DNA of 64,000 bases, taken from positions 9,948-73,947 of the forward strand of contig JBBTVD010000006.1 of NCBI GenBank assembly GCA_038063415.1. The letters are read 5' to 3'. The position numbers and the translations under genes were made by a program. The notes beneath the pieces are model-generated. The model was not told the DNA's origin and made no database searches. It worked only from the letters and a program-made list of their open reading frames with translations. Below are positions 1-9,056 of the stretch, piece by piece. How positions within the stretch are numbered: the first letter of the stretch is position 1; every line of letters starts with the position of its first letter. This stretch comes from Patescibacteria group bacterium (lineage in GTDB: Bacteria; Patescibacteriota; Microgenomatia; Levybacterales; UBA12049).

Positions 1-1456
1 AATAAGGGAAATTATTATTAATGATTGTTGAGTAAACTGATTCTAAGTTAGTGAAAACATTTTTCAAGTTATATGTAGCATCTACTTTTGAGAACATGTC
101 CCAAACCCATCCGCCTCCTTTTCCTAGTCTTGAATAATCTCTAGCTTTATAAGGTCTTTTTATTTTTTTATTATCTTGTTTTAATAAATTCAAAAATTCC
201 ACAAACAATCCAAAAGGCATCTTATCATTACCTACCAAAACATTAGTAATTTTCTGATTGTTTTTTAGTTTGATATCTACTTTATCCCTAATCTCATTAC
301 GTTCATCATTTATGATTTCATTAATCCACGTGGGATCTAAATATCGTATCCTTCCGAAATTTATTCTTTGTTTAAAATTATTTCTGTCTTTTTCTACAAG
401 AAAATTAAAAGCTTCTTTTAACCAAAGAGGAAGATAGATATTAAAAGCTCTTTCAATTTCTACAATACTGTATTCATCTCTTTTCTCTAATCCCATTTGA
501 ATATTGAATTCATCTATAAAAGCAAAAATAAATTCTCGTGCTAAAAAATCACTTCCTTTATGACTGAGTAGTTTTTTTTCAACAATTTTTAAAACTTTTG
601 GTTGAATAATTTCTTTTGCGTATTCTGTAGGTCTTTTTTCAATTGGGTTTTCGATTGAATGTCCCGTAAAGCCTAACCCTTCTCTTGTAATTTGATTATG
701 GAGATTATCATCAACTTCTTTTATTTGCACATCATTTGTATCATACCCAATCGGATATAGGGTATATATTACGCTTGTATCTATATACTCGTAATAAGCT
801 AAACCAATCTTCCATGTTTTGGGGTAATATATATTTTTTACAATTTTAAATTCATTATCAATTAAACTATTTAATCGATCTAAGAAAAAATGTGCATTTA
901 TAAAAGATTTTTGAACTTTTCCTAGAGCGGGATTAGAATTTTTCAGAATTGTATCATAAGCTTTTTTTAATTCATCAAAATTTTGATATTTACGGATATG
1001 ATTTCGAGTAAGTATTTCCCATGCATCAATATAATCTATTGTATTTTTATCTAAATATTGTTGCGGATTAAAATTTATGGTTTTAGTATATTTGTTCTTA
1101 CCCAAACTAATTTTTTTTATTGTTTGAGCATCAAAATAGAGCCAATAGATTTTTTCATTTTTGTTATCGACACCCAATAATAAGCATGGGTTTATCTCAC
1201 AGTAAGTAAAGAAAGAAATAGGACAAGCAAATTTTAGTTTATGGTTTATAGGAAGAGTTTTTGCCTGTACAAATAGAGTGCCTACAAAAATATTTTGAAT
1301 GTCTTGCACATCGACATATCCATCGATATTCGGCCACTTATCGATAGAAAAAAGTCTTGGCATAACTCTTTTATGTGATGCCAAAACTTTATTAATCAAA
1401 CCAATAGATTCTGTGTCTGTAAAACTTGTAGAATCATGTGAAGGTACATTTCCCAT
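1..1456 (-). CDS. Protein with N-terminal DUF4365-like PD-(D/E)xK nuclease domain; runs off the window edge
   Basis: Not in the ORF track because no stop is reached. Hand translation from ATG 1456: MGNVPSHDSTSFTDTESIGLINKVL...DKWPNIDGYVDV...FVQAKTL, a restriction-endonuclease-like D...QxK motif; frame stays open to base 1. Confidence 0.65.
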   Translation of the reverse strand, partial: MGNVPSHDSTSFTDTESIGLINKVLASHKRVMPRLFSIDKWPNIDGYVDVQDIQNIFVGTLFVQAKTLPINHKLKFACPISFFTYCEINPCLLLGVDNKNEKIYWLYFDAQTIKKISLGKNKYTKTINFNPQQYLDKNTIDYIDAWEILTRNHIRKYQNFDELKKAYDTILKNSNPALGKVQKSFINAHFFLDRLNSLIDNEFKIVKNIYYPKTWKIGLAYYEYIDTSVIYTLYPIGYDTNDVQIKEVDDNLHNQITREGLGFTGHSIENPIEKRPTEYAKEIIQPKVLKIVEKKLLSHKGSDFLAREFIFAFIDEFNIQMGLEKRDEYSIVEIERAFNIYLPLWLKEAFNFLVEKDRNNFKQRINFGRIRYLDPTWINEIINDERNEIRDKVDIKLKNNQKITNVLVGNDKMPFGLFVEFLNLLKQDNKKIKRPYKARDYSRLGKGGGWVWDMFSKVDATYNLKNVFTNLESVYSTIINNNFPY

Positions 1457-1465
1457 ATGGATTTT

Positions 1466-2971
1466 CTATGCTAAATTACTTGTCGATATTTCAACTTGCA
1501 GGACTTTAAAAAGCTGTACCATAGCGAGCGTATCAAGCTTACAATACTCGATTAGATCAGTCATAATCTGATTTTTTGTTTCTGCATTTTTTCCATCAAG
1601 TACCGTCTCCATCCAGAGCCGTTGCGCTGATGCTCCTTCCTGGATATTGAGTTCCTTATATGATAATTCCGATACCAGAACAGGCAATACTTTCTTGATT
1701 GATGCACTTCCATAAAAATCTTTATCAACAAACCAACCCTCAGCAAACGGAGTCATGAGATCAATTACTCTGTTATTTAGACTTTGCATAAAGTCCGCAT
1801 ACTCGGGAAACATTACACCAAGTTCTTTATTTCGACTCTTTTCAAATTTTTCGTACCATACAAGAACCGTTCCAGTCTCACCTATATCTTCTTTGAGTCT
1901 TTCGAGAAGAGGAAGGCCTGGATGAGTGTTTTCTGTATGCAGATACTCTTTGTGTTGTATAAGAGCATCAGGGCTTTCAATGATATGAAGTGAATATTGA
2001 AATGGAACTTGTTGATAGGGTCTAATGCCGTCAAAGGATGGAATGACGCTACTGAGTGTTTCGTAATCCAGGAAATAGAGAGGGTACTGGATATTCTTCA
2101 TAAATTCACTGATTTTTGTTTTCTCAATAAGACGCTGATTGGTCTTTGTCGCGTGCACTTGCCGTTTTTGTTTTTCTGAGAGGGCGATATGGTCTGGGAT
2201 GTCTTTAATGTGTGTAATCCCGAGATCTTCAAGCTCACCAACGAGCTGTGGTTTGAGTGTTGCAAGGTGATAAATGCTATGTGGATCAAGATCAGTATAG
2301 AGAGATTTATAAATGGCAAGCCATTCATCAATTGGTCCAAATCGAACAAAGCGAGGTGACATGCCTGGTGGAGTCTCTGATTGGATTGTTCTAATGGCTT
2401 GTTGGATATTTAGTTTTGTTTCATCAATGAGAAGCCTGACCGCCTCTGTGACATCAGTTGTCTTTGTTAGTGCTTTTGTATCAATTGGTCCTTTTCGTAC
2501 ATATTGATTATTAACATGGATGACACCGACATTTCTAATTGTTAACCCTGCGAGCTCAAGCACAACGACTTGAAACGCGAGATCATACTCATGATCTATC
2601 TTAACTGAGGTACTGGATTTTATTTCGTATAAATCAAACACATTGCCTTCAACTCTATCTAATACATCAAAAATACAAGTTATATTATCCGTCCCAACTC
2701 TTCCTTGCAAAATTGTTTTTGTACCATTTTCTATTGCATCAGTCGTTCGTTTTGGCAAAGTTATATATTCTTGATAACCATTAAATCCGAGAAGTGTACT
2801 ATTCGGAAACAATTTTTCGGCATATGTTTCAACCAAATGCCCATTATCAAACATAGCTTGCAATGCTTGATCTACTTCAGGGAGTTTGGCTTTATCATGC
2901 TTCTTAAGCCATAACCATGCAGGTTGTTTAAGAAACATCATATATTCTGATTTAGAAATAATCATTGTCAT
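1466..2971 (-). CDS. DUF2779-domain protein (PD-(D/E)xK-like N-terminus plus RNase H-like domain)
   Basis: ISKSEY..QPAWLWL start; FDVL...YEIKSST; YFLDYET...PYQQVPFQYS; GSASIKKVLP; YCKLDTLAM. Confidence 0.85.
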   Translation of the reverse strand: MTMIISKSEYMMFLKQPAWLWLKKHDKAKLPEVDQALQAMFDNGHLVETYAEKLFPNSTLLGFNGYQEYITLPKRTTDAIENGTKTILQGRVGTDNITCIFDVLDRVEGNVFDLYEIKSSTSVKIDHEYDLAFQVVVLELAGLTIRNVGVIHVNNQYVRKGPIDTKALTKTTDVTEAVRLLIDETKLNIQQAIRTIQSETPPGMSPRFVRFGPIDEWLAIYKSLYTDLDPHSIYHLATLKPQLVGELEDLGITHIKDIPDHIALSEKQKRQVHATKTNQRLIEKTKISEFMKNIQYPLYFLDYETLSSVIPSFDGIRPYQQVPFQYSLHIIESPDALIQHKEYLHTENTHPGLPLLERLKEDIGETGTVLVWYEKFEKSRNKELGVMFPEYADFMQSLNNRVIDLMTPFAEGWFVDKDFYGSASIKKVLPVLVSELSYKELNIQEGASAQRLWMETVLDGKNAETKNQIMTDLIEYCKLDTLAMVQLFKVLQVEISTSNLA

Positions 2972-3020
2972 TTTATTTTAACCTATATTATTGATGATAC
3001 TTCTATGACATAACTAAAGC

Positions 3021-4907
3021 TTATCGCCAATTATCTGTTAGAATAATCGTCTTATTTTTTGGTTCGTGTTTAAGTGGCTCAATTTTGCCTATATCAATAA
3101 CTACAGGAACATTTGCTAAAAGGCCTGCCAAAATACAAGTTCCTGTTGGTAAAATTGGCAAATACTCAAATGAGACTTTATCTAAATAAGAGATTGTTTG
3201 TTTTACGGCATTAATATCTTCATTGTTAATAAGTCGATGGAGAAAATAGTTATGTAATTGTGAGATAATCGTCGGTGAAATATCCGATGGTCTCTGGCTT
3301 GCAAGAGTAAGGAAGACTCCAAACTTTCGACCCTCTTTAATAATTTCTTCAAAGGTTTCCAGACGATAATCCTTCCATTGCTCACTTTCTCGTTCAGAGT
3401 TCTCTGAGAGAATATTGTGGGCTTCATCAATTATGATATTTAAATATTTTCGATCATCATTTTCTATCTTTTTGTCGTTGTACAATTTCTTGCACAAGAG
3501 TAAAGGAAGAATTTTCCTCATATGCATATTAACATCCTTTAACGACACAATAGTAATATTTTTCCTTCCATCAATTTCTTCAATCGTCCTAATTTCGATA
3601 ACTTTTTTTAGATCATCAATTCTTTTATCTAATCGTTTAATAAGAGGCGAAAGATGTTCCTTGTTAGAAAATCCTCGAATTATGTCATTATAGTATTGAA
3701 TTACAATTTGCAATCTTACTTCGTCTATAGGTGTAACTTGAGTAATATCAATCTGTAGTAGAGTGATTTTACTATCAATAAAATCTGTTCTAAAAGTAGC
3801 TTGATCACTAAAGGTTTTTATTCCGTTTTCTTGATAATAATACTTATTAACTCCGCTATGGAACTTAAGGTGTTCATTATAATCTTCCAAGAGTGTAGTA
3901 ATAGTTGCATTGCCACCTAGGCAGTCTATAAGTTCTTTTAGTAAATTGAAAATTATTGTTTTTTCAACGTTTCTATCACTCTCAGTCGTAGCTTCATATA
4001 TCATTTGTCCAATTAGATTTTTTAACTCAGCTTCTTCTCGTATTTTGGGAGCAAGATAGCTGTTATCTACTGAACGACGTAAAAAGGGCATTTGTGTTTT
4101 TTCGGTTGCTTCTAAAAATACCACCCAAAAATCTGAATCATTAAGGCTCTCTCTTGTAATCGGAAACTTATCTCCTCCAGTTGTGCGTGTGGAAAGCTGA
4201 TAAGTATTCTTATATTTTTTGTCTATAATGACATGATCTCGTCTGTTACCATTTACATATTCGCCATTAAAATCAATTAGAAAAAATTTAGCGTTTCTTT
4301 TGAATTTTCTTTTATCTTTATATTTCAAAAAAAGCTCACGATAAATTTTTGCGAGTGTATATGATTTACCACTACCTGTGTTACCAAAAATGCCGATATG
4401 GCTTGCCATAAGTCCATTAACTCCTACTCGTATCTCTTGACCTTTCTCAAATGATAATGTACCTATGGTTAAAGGATCGTCATTATCTCTTATAAAGTCG
4501 TGCACTTGTTCAAATTCTTTTTTATGAAGTAGAAAACATTCATTGTCGAGCAATGGAAGCTCCTTAATGCCACGTTCAAAATGCTTTCCTTTAAAAAAGC
4601 CCAGTAGGCTGAGACTTAAAACTCTATTAACTTTTTCTTTCTCATTACCATACCCTTGTTTTTTAATAAATTGCTTATCTTCATTTACAAACTCACCTTC
4701 AACCTTACCTATGATTATGGTAAATCCTTTTATGATTTTAATATAGCCGCCAACGGAAATATTTTTTAGAAGTTCGCCTTTATATACAAGATGTGAGGTG
4801 TTCTTTGTTTTATCCACCTTTACTTCTACTGTTCTACCTTTAACTGAGATGACTTTCCCAATTTTGAAAATAGAATCCTCAGATAATTGATCGTTTTTTA
4901 TAGGCAT
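3021..4907 (-). CDS. herA: HerA/FtsK-family ATPase of a Sir2-HerA anti-phage system
   Basis: HIGIFGNTGSGKS Walker A; IDFNGEY; IIIDEAHN Walker B; KEGRKFG; SQRPSDIS; directly downstream of a SIR2 gene. Confidence 0.92.
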   Translation of the reverse strand: MPIKNDQLSEDSIFKIGKVISVKGRTVEVKVDKTKNTSHLVYKGELLKNISVGGYIKIIKGFTIIIGKVEGEFVNEDKQFIKKQGYGNEKEKVNRVLSLSLLGFFKGKHFERGIKELPLLDNECFLLHKKEFEQVHDFIRDNDDPLTIGTLSFEKGQEIRVGVNGLMASHIGIFGNTGSGKSYTLAKIYRELFLKYKDKRKFKRNAKFFLIDFNGEYVNGNRRDHVIIDKKYKNTYQLSTRTTGGDKFPITRESLNDSDFWVVFLEATEKTQMPFLRRSVDNSYLAPKIREEAELKNLIGQMIYEATTESDRNVEKTIIFNLLKELIDCLGGNATITTLLEDYNEHLKFHSGVNKYYYQENGIKTFSDQATFRTDFIDSKITLLQIDITQVTPIDEVRLQIVIQYYNDIIRGFSNKEHLSPLIKRLDKRIDDLKKVIEIRTIEEIDGRKNITIVSLKDVNMHMRKILPLLLCKKLYNDKKIENDDRKYLNIIIDEAHNILSENSERESEQWKDYRLETFEEIIKEGRKFGVFLTLASQRPSDISPTIISQLHNYFLHRLINNEDINAVKQTISYLDKVSFEYLPILPTGTCILAGLLANVPVVIDIGKIEPLKHEPKNKTIILTDNWR

Positions 4908-4912
4908 ATATT

Positions 4913-6094
4913 TTACTCTTCTGCTTCAGGATTGTTGATTTTTTCTTCTGTTACAATATTCTCTACGTTTTCTTCTTCCAGTAAACATCCAAATATATTT
5001 TTATTGATTGTTGGAAAGTCATATTCGAATTTGTCAATTTTTGATCCGTCACCTGTTACTTCTTGTTCCGGGGCAATAATTTCAATATTATTATTTTTAA
5101 TATTATTCTTTCCAAATTTTTCTTCTATACCTATTTTTGCCTTTGAACTATGAGCAATAACATAAATCATAAGAGTAGGATTAGAATTAGCAGCTCTTAA
5201 CGTTATCTCTTTAAGATGCTCGTCTGCAAAGGAAAATCCCATTACAAAAAGAACAGTATTATCTTTTTCAAGTTCATTTGAGTATAAACGCAAGAGTTCA
5301 TAATATGTCTGGTTCATGAGTGTATGCTTGAATTTCTCCTTTGTAGGATTAACAACAATCAGCAGTTTTTCATAGGCTTCCATAAATGCGTCAGTAGAAG
5401 CATCAGTAGTTTTTCCGGTCGCAGCTGTTATTAGTTTTGCTATTGTCGCATCTTCAGGGATATCTATAATATGTGCCGGAGAAATTGTTTTGCTTGAAAC
5501 TTCTTTAACGTGTTTTAACTCACAAGAAAAGATAATATCATTTGGTGTAATTTCCCAAGATAATGATCCATGTAATTTTGAAAGGTTAAATACTGGAAGC
5601 TCTGCTGTATTATCATAATGTAAACTTTTCTTGAAATGCGATTTTTTAAAATTACTGAGGCTAAATTTGGGTTTAAATCGTCCATTAAAACCGTCGTTGT
5701 ATTCAAGATTAAGATCTTCCAAAGCTTTTTCTAAAAAAATATCAATATTTGTAGTAAAAAGGTTTACTTCTTTGCTGAGAAGGGTAACTTTGCGTTTAAG
5801 CAGAATAGAATTTAATATGTTGAGAAAATTACGATAGGTTTCTAGGACCTCTTGTGCAGTAACATCAGATTCAAGTATTTTTGGATTTTTAGAAATTACG
5901 TCATCAAAATATTTTTTATAAAGAGATGCTCGTATAAGTTTTTTTTTGCTAGCGCTCATATTTTGTTTTTCTTCAAGCTCCGTAAGTAATTTCTCAATAT
6001 TTCCGAGCGTTTTGAGATACGGCAAAGATAGACCTGATCCTATGAGAAAGTTTATATTACAATCTTGAATTATATTTTTAATTTTATCGTTCAT
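4913..6094 (-). CDS. SIR2-like NADase of a Sir2-HerA system
   Basis: NFLIGSGLS, FTTNID, KLHGS, GFSFADEH motifs; 5-bp gap to herA. Confidence 0.92.
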   Translation of the reverse strand: MNDKIKNIIQDCNINFLIGSGLSLPYLKTLGNIEKLLTELEEKQNMSASKKKLIRASLYKKYFDDVISKNPKILESDVTAQEVLETYRNFLNILNSILLKRKVTLLSKEVNLFTTNIDIFLEKALEDLNLEYNDGFNGRFKPKFSLSNFKKSHFKKSLHYDNTAELPVFNLSKLHGSLSWEITPNDIIFSCELKHVKEVSSKTISPAHIIDIPEDATIAKLITAATGKTTDASTDAFMEAYEKLLIVVNPTKEKFKHTLMNQTYYELLRLYSNELEKDNTVLFVMGFSFADEHLKEITLRAANSNPTLMIYVIAHSSKAKIGIEEKFGKNNIKNNNIEIIAPEQEVTGDGSKIDKFEYDFPTINKNIFGCLLEEENVENIVTEEKINNPEAEE

Positions 6095-6105
6095 AGAGTT
6101 TATAA

Positions 6106-6273
6106 CTATGTGCTCTTTATAAATTTTTCGATATCCTTTTTATGATATCTTCTTACTCTTTTAATCCCAATTTTCATCGCAATAAGAATGCCTTTTTTAT
6201 CCCAAGCTCTGAGTGTATTCGGATGTACTTTTAATATTTTTGCCGTTTCTTTGAGCGTTAATAATTCTTCCAT
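6106..6273 (-). CDS. Excisionase/MerR-type HTH DNA-binding protein
   Basis: LLTLKETAKILKVHPNTLRAWDKKG; close paralog at 24338; start at 6273 chosen by alignment with the paralog. Confidence 0.85.
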   Translation of the reverse strand: MEELLTLKETAKILKVHPNTLRAWDKKGILIAMKIGIKRVRRYHKKDIEKFIKST

Positions 6274-6401
6274 ATATAATGCGGTCATTCTACATCATTT
6301 TTCATTATATTACAATACATTACATAACAACTGAATACAAAAGACGATGAGAATAAGAATTAAAAATTATGCAGAGAGTAATAATTAATGAGGGTCTGTA
6401 T

Positions 6402-6605
6402 TTAAAAAAGTTCTGGTACCTTTACTTTCAAAGCTCGAGCCAGTTTATCCATCAACTTAATAGATGGTGACTTTCTGCCTTGTTCAATATGCCCCATATG
6501 TGTCCTGCTTATGCGTAACTTTTCGGCTAGTTCTTCTTGCGTATATCCTATTGCCTTTCTTAACTTTTGAATCTTTCTGCCTTGTTTTTCTGGTGTAGTA
6601 GCCAT
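6402..6605 (-). CDS. XRE-family HTH regulator
   Basis: IQKLRKAIGYTQEELAEKLRISRTHMGHIEQG. Confidence 0.9.
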   Translation of the reverse strand: MATTPEKQGRKIQKLRKAIGYTQEELAEKLRISRTHMGHIEQGRKSPSIKLMDKLARALKVKVPELF

Positions 6606-6734
6606 ATGAACATTATCGATAGCTTTGAGTTCTCAATCCACTAGCTTAAAGCGAGCATTTAGCCTCAACTACTACTTGATTTTATCTTTTGTTTCATTTA
6701 TGATCAGGAAGAGCTTCGAAAGGAGGTGATTTAT

Positions 6735-7175
6735 ATGAAGAAATTCTTAAAATGGGGAGGAATTGCCCTTATTATTATAATCGTGCTTGCTGTTATTGGC
6801 GGTGGTGGTAAATCAAGTAATAGTACAAACTCCACGGGAAATAGTGGACAAGCACAAGAACAACCGAAAACGCCTGAGATGGTTACAGCACAACAAATTG
6901 CTGATGACTTTGATGGCAATCAAGTTACTGCTGAAAAGACATGGAATGGTAAATTTGTACAATTTACAGCTACTGTTTCAAATATAACTGATACAGGGCT
7001 TTCTTTTACTAATGTTGCTTCAAAGCAATTTTCAATGGCACAAATAAGCTGTAAGGTAAAAGATACACAACAGCTATTGTCGCTTAAAAACGGAGAATCA
7101 GTCACAGTCAATGGAGTTATTGGCAAACAAACAATTGGTGTTATCGATATGAGCGACTGTGAAGTTGTAAAGTAA
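6735..7175 (+). CDS. Membrane-anchored OB-fold (tRNA_anti-like) surface protein
   Basis: AGGAGGTGA SD at 6721; N-terminal TM helix, Ser/Thr linker, VTAQQIADDFDGNQVTAEKTWNGK pattern. Confidence 0.7.
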   Translation: MKKFLKWGGIALIIIIVLAVIGGGGKSSNSTNSTGNSGQAQEQPKTPEMVTAQQIADDFDGNQVTAEKTWNGKFVQFTATVSNITDTGLSFTNVASKQFSMAQISCKVKDTQQLLSLKNGESVTVNGVIGKQTIGVIDMSDCEVVK

Positions 7176-7190
7176 GCTCATCTTTCTAAG

Positions 7191-7229
7191 ACATTTCGGG
7201 TTAGAGTGCCTATCCTCCGAAATGTTTTT
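7191..7229 (+). terminator. Probable intrinsic terminator
   Basis: ACATTTCGG (7191-7199) / CCGAAATGT (7217-7225) followed by a T run, just after the stop at 7175. Confidence 0.55.
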
Positions 7230-7237
7230 AGTTGTAT

Positions 7238-7546
7238 TCATCTTCTCGATAAGAGAATAGTAAAAAAAGATATTAAGGCACCTGCAATCGGACCACTCAA
7301 AATTATTAATTTACCCTCTGGGGATGACGCATTGTAGAGTCCCACTATATAAGTATAAAAATTAAATATTTGTTCCTTGAAAATAAAAACTAAACTTAGA
7401 AAAGCAAAGAAGAAAATAGTTTTTTTATTTTCGTAAATAAAAACTACGGGACGAAGAATAATGTATTCTAAAAATAATTCAAAAAAATCTTCATGAGTTA
7501 AGCGATTATATCATGCTACATAAAGTGTATTAAAATATTTTTTCAT
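7238..7546 (-). pseudogene. Small membrane-protein gene with premature TGA at codon 12
   Basis: MKKYFNTLYVA*YNRLTHEDFFELFLEYIILRPVVFIYENKKTIFFFAFLSLVFIF...ILSGPIAGALISFFTILLSRR*; 103 codons, single internal stop at 7511-7513. Confidence 0.45.
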
Positions 7547-7570
7547 ATATATTCTGTCGTATTTTGCGTC

Positions 7571-7599
7571 TGGACTTCGAATGGCTTTAGCGGTATCGT
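7571..7599 (+). promoter_or_regulatory. Sigma70-type promoter TGGACT-N17-TATCGT, leaderless-type spacing
   Basis: Exact 17-nt spacer; ATG 8 nt downstream; same -35 hexamer and spacing at 34782 and 35701. Confidence 0.65.
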
Positions 7600-7607
7600 C
7601 TGCCCTG

Positions 7608-7769
7608 ATGAAAAAAGAGGAAGACATAGAAAAAGCGCTGCATATTCTTCAGAAATGCGAAAAGTACTTTTATTGGTATCTTTTGAAACACGATAAAATT
7701 TATATCGAACGCTTCTTTATTCACACCAAGAAACTAAAAAGGATGGTGCAAAAATGGAAAACAAAGTAA
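7608..7769 (+). CDS. Conserved 53-aa basic protein overlapping the recombinase start
   Basis: EKYFYWYLLKHDKIYIERFF..TKKLK is homologous to the frameshifted ORF at 34819-34981. Confidence 0.7.
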   Translation: MKKEEDIEKALHILQKCEKYFYWYLLKHDKIYIERFFIHTKKLKRMVQKWKTK

Positions 7770-9055
7770 ATAATCCAATTGTTGAATATTGTTTATATGC
7801 AAGAAAATCATCAGAAGATGACGAGCGTCAGGCAATGTCCATTGATTCCCAAATTAAAGAGATGAATGAGATGGCAGTAAAAGAAGGATTGTTTATTAAA
7901 GAAATCCGCAGAGAAAGTCACTCAGCAAAAATGTCAGGACAACGCCCGGTATTTATGAAAATCATAGAGGATCTTCGTTCAGGGCTCTTCTCAGGCATCC
8001 TCACATGGGCACCAGATCGCCTGAGTCGCAACGCAGGAGATTTAGGGATGCTTGTAGATCTTATGGATCAAGAGAGGCTTGTTCATATAAAAACTTTTAC
8101 TCAAGCATTTTCAAATACTCCTTCTGAAAAGTTTTTGCTCATGATTCTTTGCTCACAAGCTAAGCTAGAAAACGACCAGAAAGGCATAAATGTAAAACGA
8201 GGAATTCGTGCAAAATGCCAAATGGGCTGGAGACCAGGACCTCCTCCGATTGGATACTTTAATAGAGCATTTAATGGGATAAAAGATATTGTGATTGATC
8301 CAGAAAGAGCATCTTTTGTTACAGAAATGTTTGAACGGGTCGCAAAAAATGGAGATAGTGGCAGAACGATAAAGCGATGGCTTGATAGAGAAGGGATGAC
8401 AACAAGAGCAGGTAAAGGAGTAACGCTTAGCCAAATTTATATGATGCTAAAAAATCCTTTTTACTATGGAAAGTTTGAGTACCCTATTGGGGGTGGAAAT
8501 TGGTATGAAGGTAAACACACACCACTAGTTAGTAAAGAAACTTTTGATAAAGTGCAAAAACAGTTGATTACTTATCCAAAGTCAGCATGGGGTGGGAAAA
8601 TTATTGCCTTTAAAGGATTGTTTAAATGTGGAAACTGTGGCAGAAATATCGTAGGAGAAGAAAAATGGAGAAAACGGAAATGGGCAGAGCCAGTAAAACA
8701 TGTTTATTATCACTGCGCTCCTATCCTCAATCGTTGTACTGAGCCTTATATTAGTGAGGAAAAGTTGATAAAGCAGATTCTAAGATATATTAATTTTATG
8801 AACATTGCTCATCCAAAACACTTAAAATTAACAGAAACACTTAAATCAAGCATTTCTGCATATATGGCAATACGAGAAGAAGTTTTATATGAACAAGAAA
8901 TTAATCCTAATGATTCACCAATAAATGTAGTCGAATTTGCTGCGTATGTTTTCAGGAGTGGGTCAATAAGTGAAAAACGAGATTTAGTACTTGCGTTAGA
9001 TAGACAGCTTTATATTAAAAATCAATTTATTTCATCTTTAAATGAAAATACATAG
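7754..9055 (+). CDS. Large serine recombinase (resolvase, recombinase and Zn-ribbon domains), copy 1
   Basis: YCLYARKSSED (catalytic Ser); DRLSRN; LKNPFYYG; FKCGNCG...YYHC. Confidence 0.95.
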   Translation: MENKVNNPIVEYCLYARKSSEDDERQAMSIDSQIKEMNEMAVKEGLFIKEIRRESHSAKMSGQRPVFMKIIEDLRSGLFSGILTWAPDRLSRNAGDLGMLVDLMDQERLVHIKTFTQAFSNTPSEKFLLMILCSQAKLENDQKGINVKRGIRAKCQMGWRPGPPPIGYFNRAFNGIKDIVIDPERASFVTEMFERVAKNGDSGRTIKRWLDREGMTTRAGKGVTLSQIYMMLKNPFYYGKFEYPIGGGNWYEGKHTPLVSKETFDKVQKQLITYPKSAWGGKIIAFKGLFKCGNCGRNIVGEEKWRKRKWAEPVKHVYYHCAPILNRCTEPYISEEKLIKQILRYINFMNIAHPKHLKLTETLKSSISAYMAIREEVLYEQEINPNDSPINVVEFAAYVFRSGSISEKRDLVLALDRQLYIKNQFISSLNENT

Positions 9056-9056
9056 A

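Noticed and set aside
7511-7513. TGA recoding (genetic code 4 or 25)
   Set aside because: TGA ends many intact genes here (hsdM, recJ, gltX), so this is more likely a nonsense mutation
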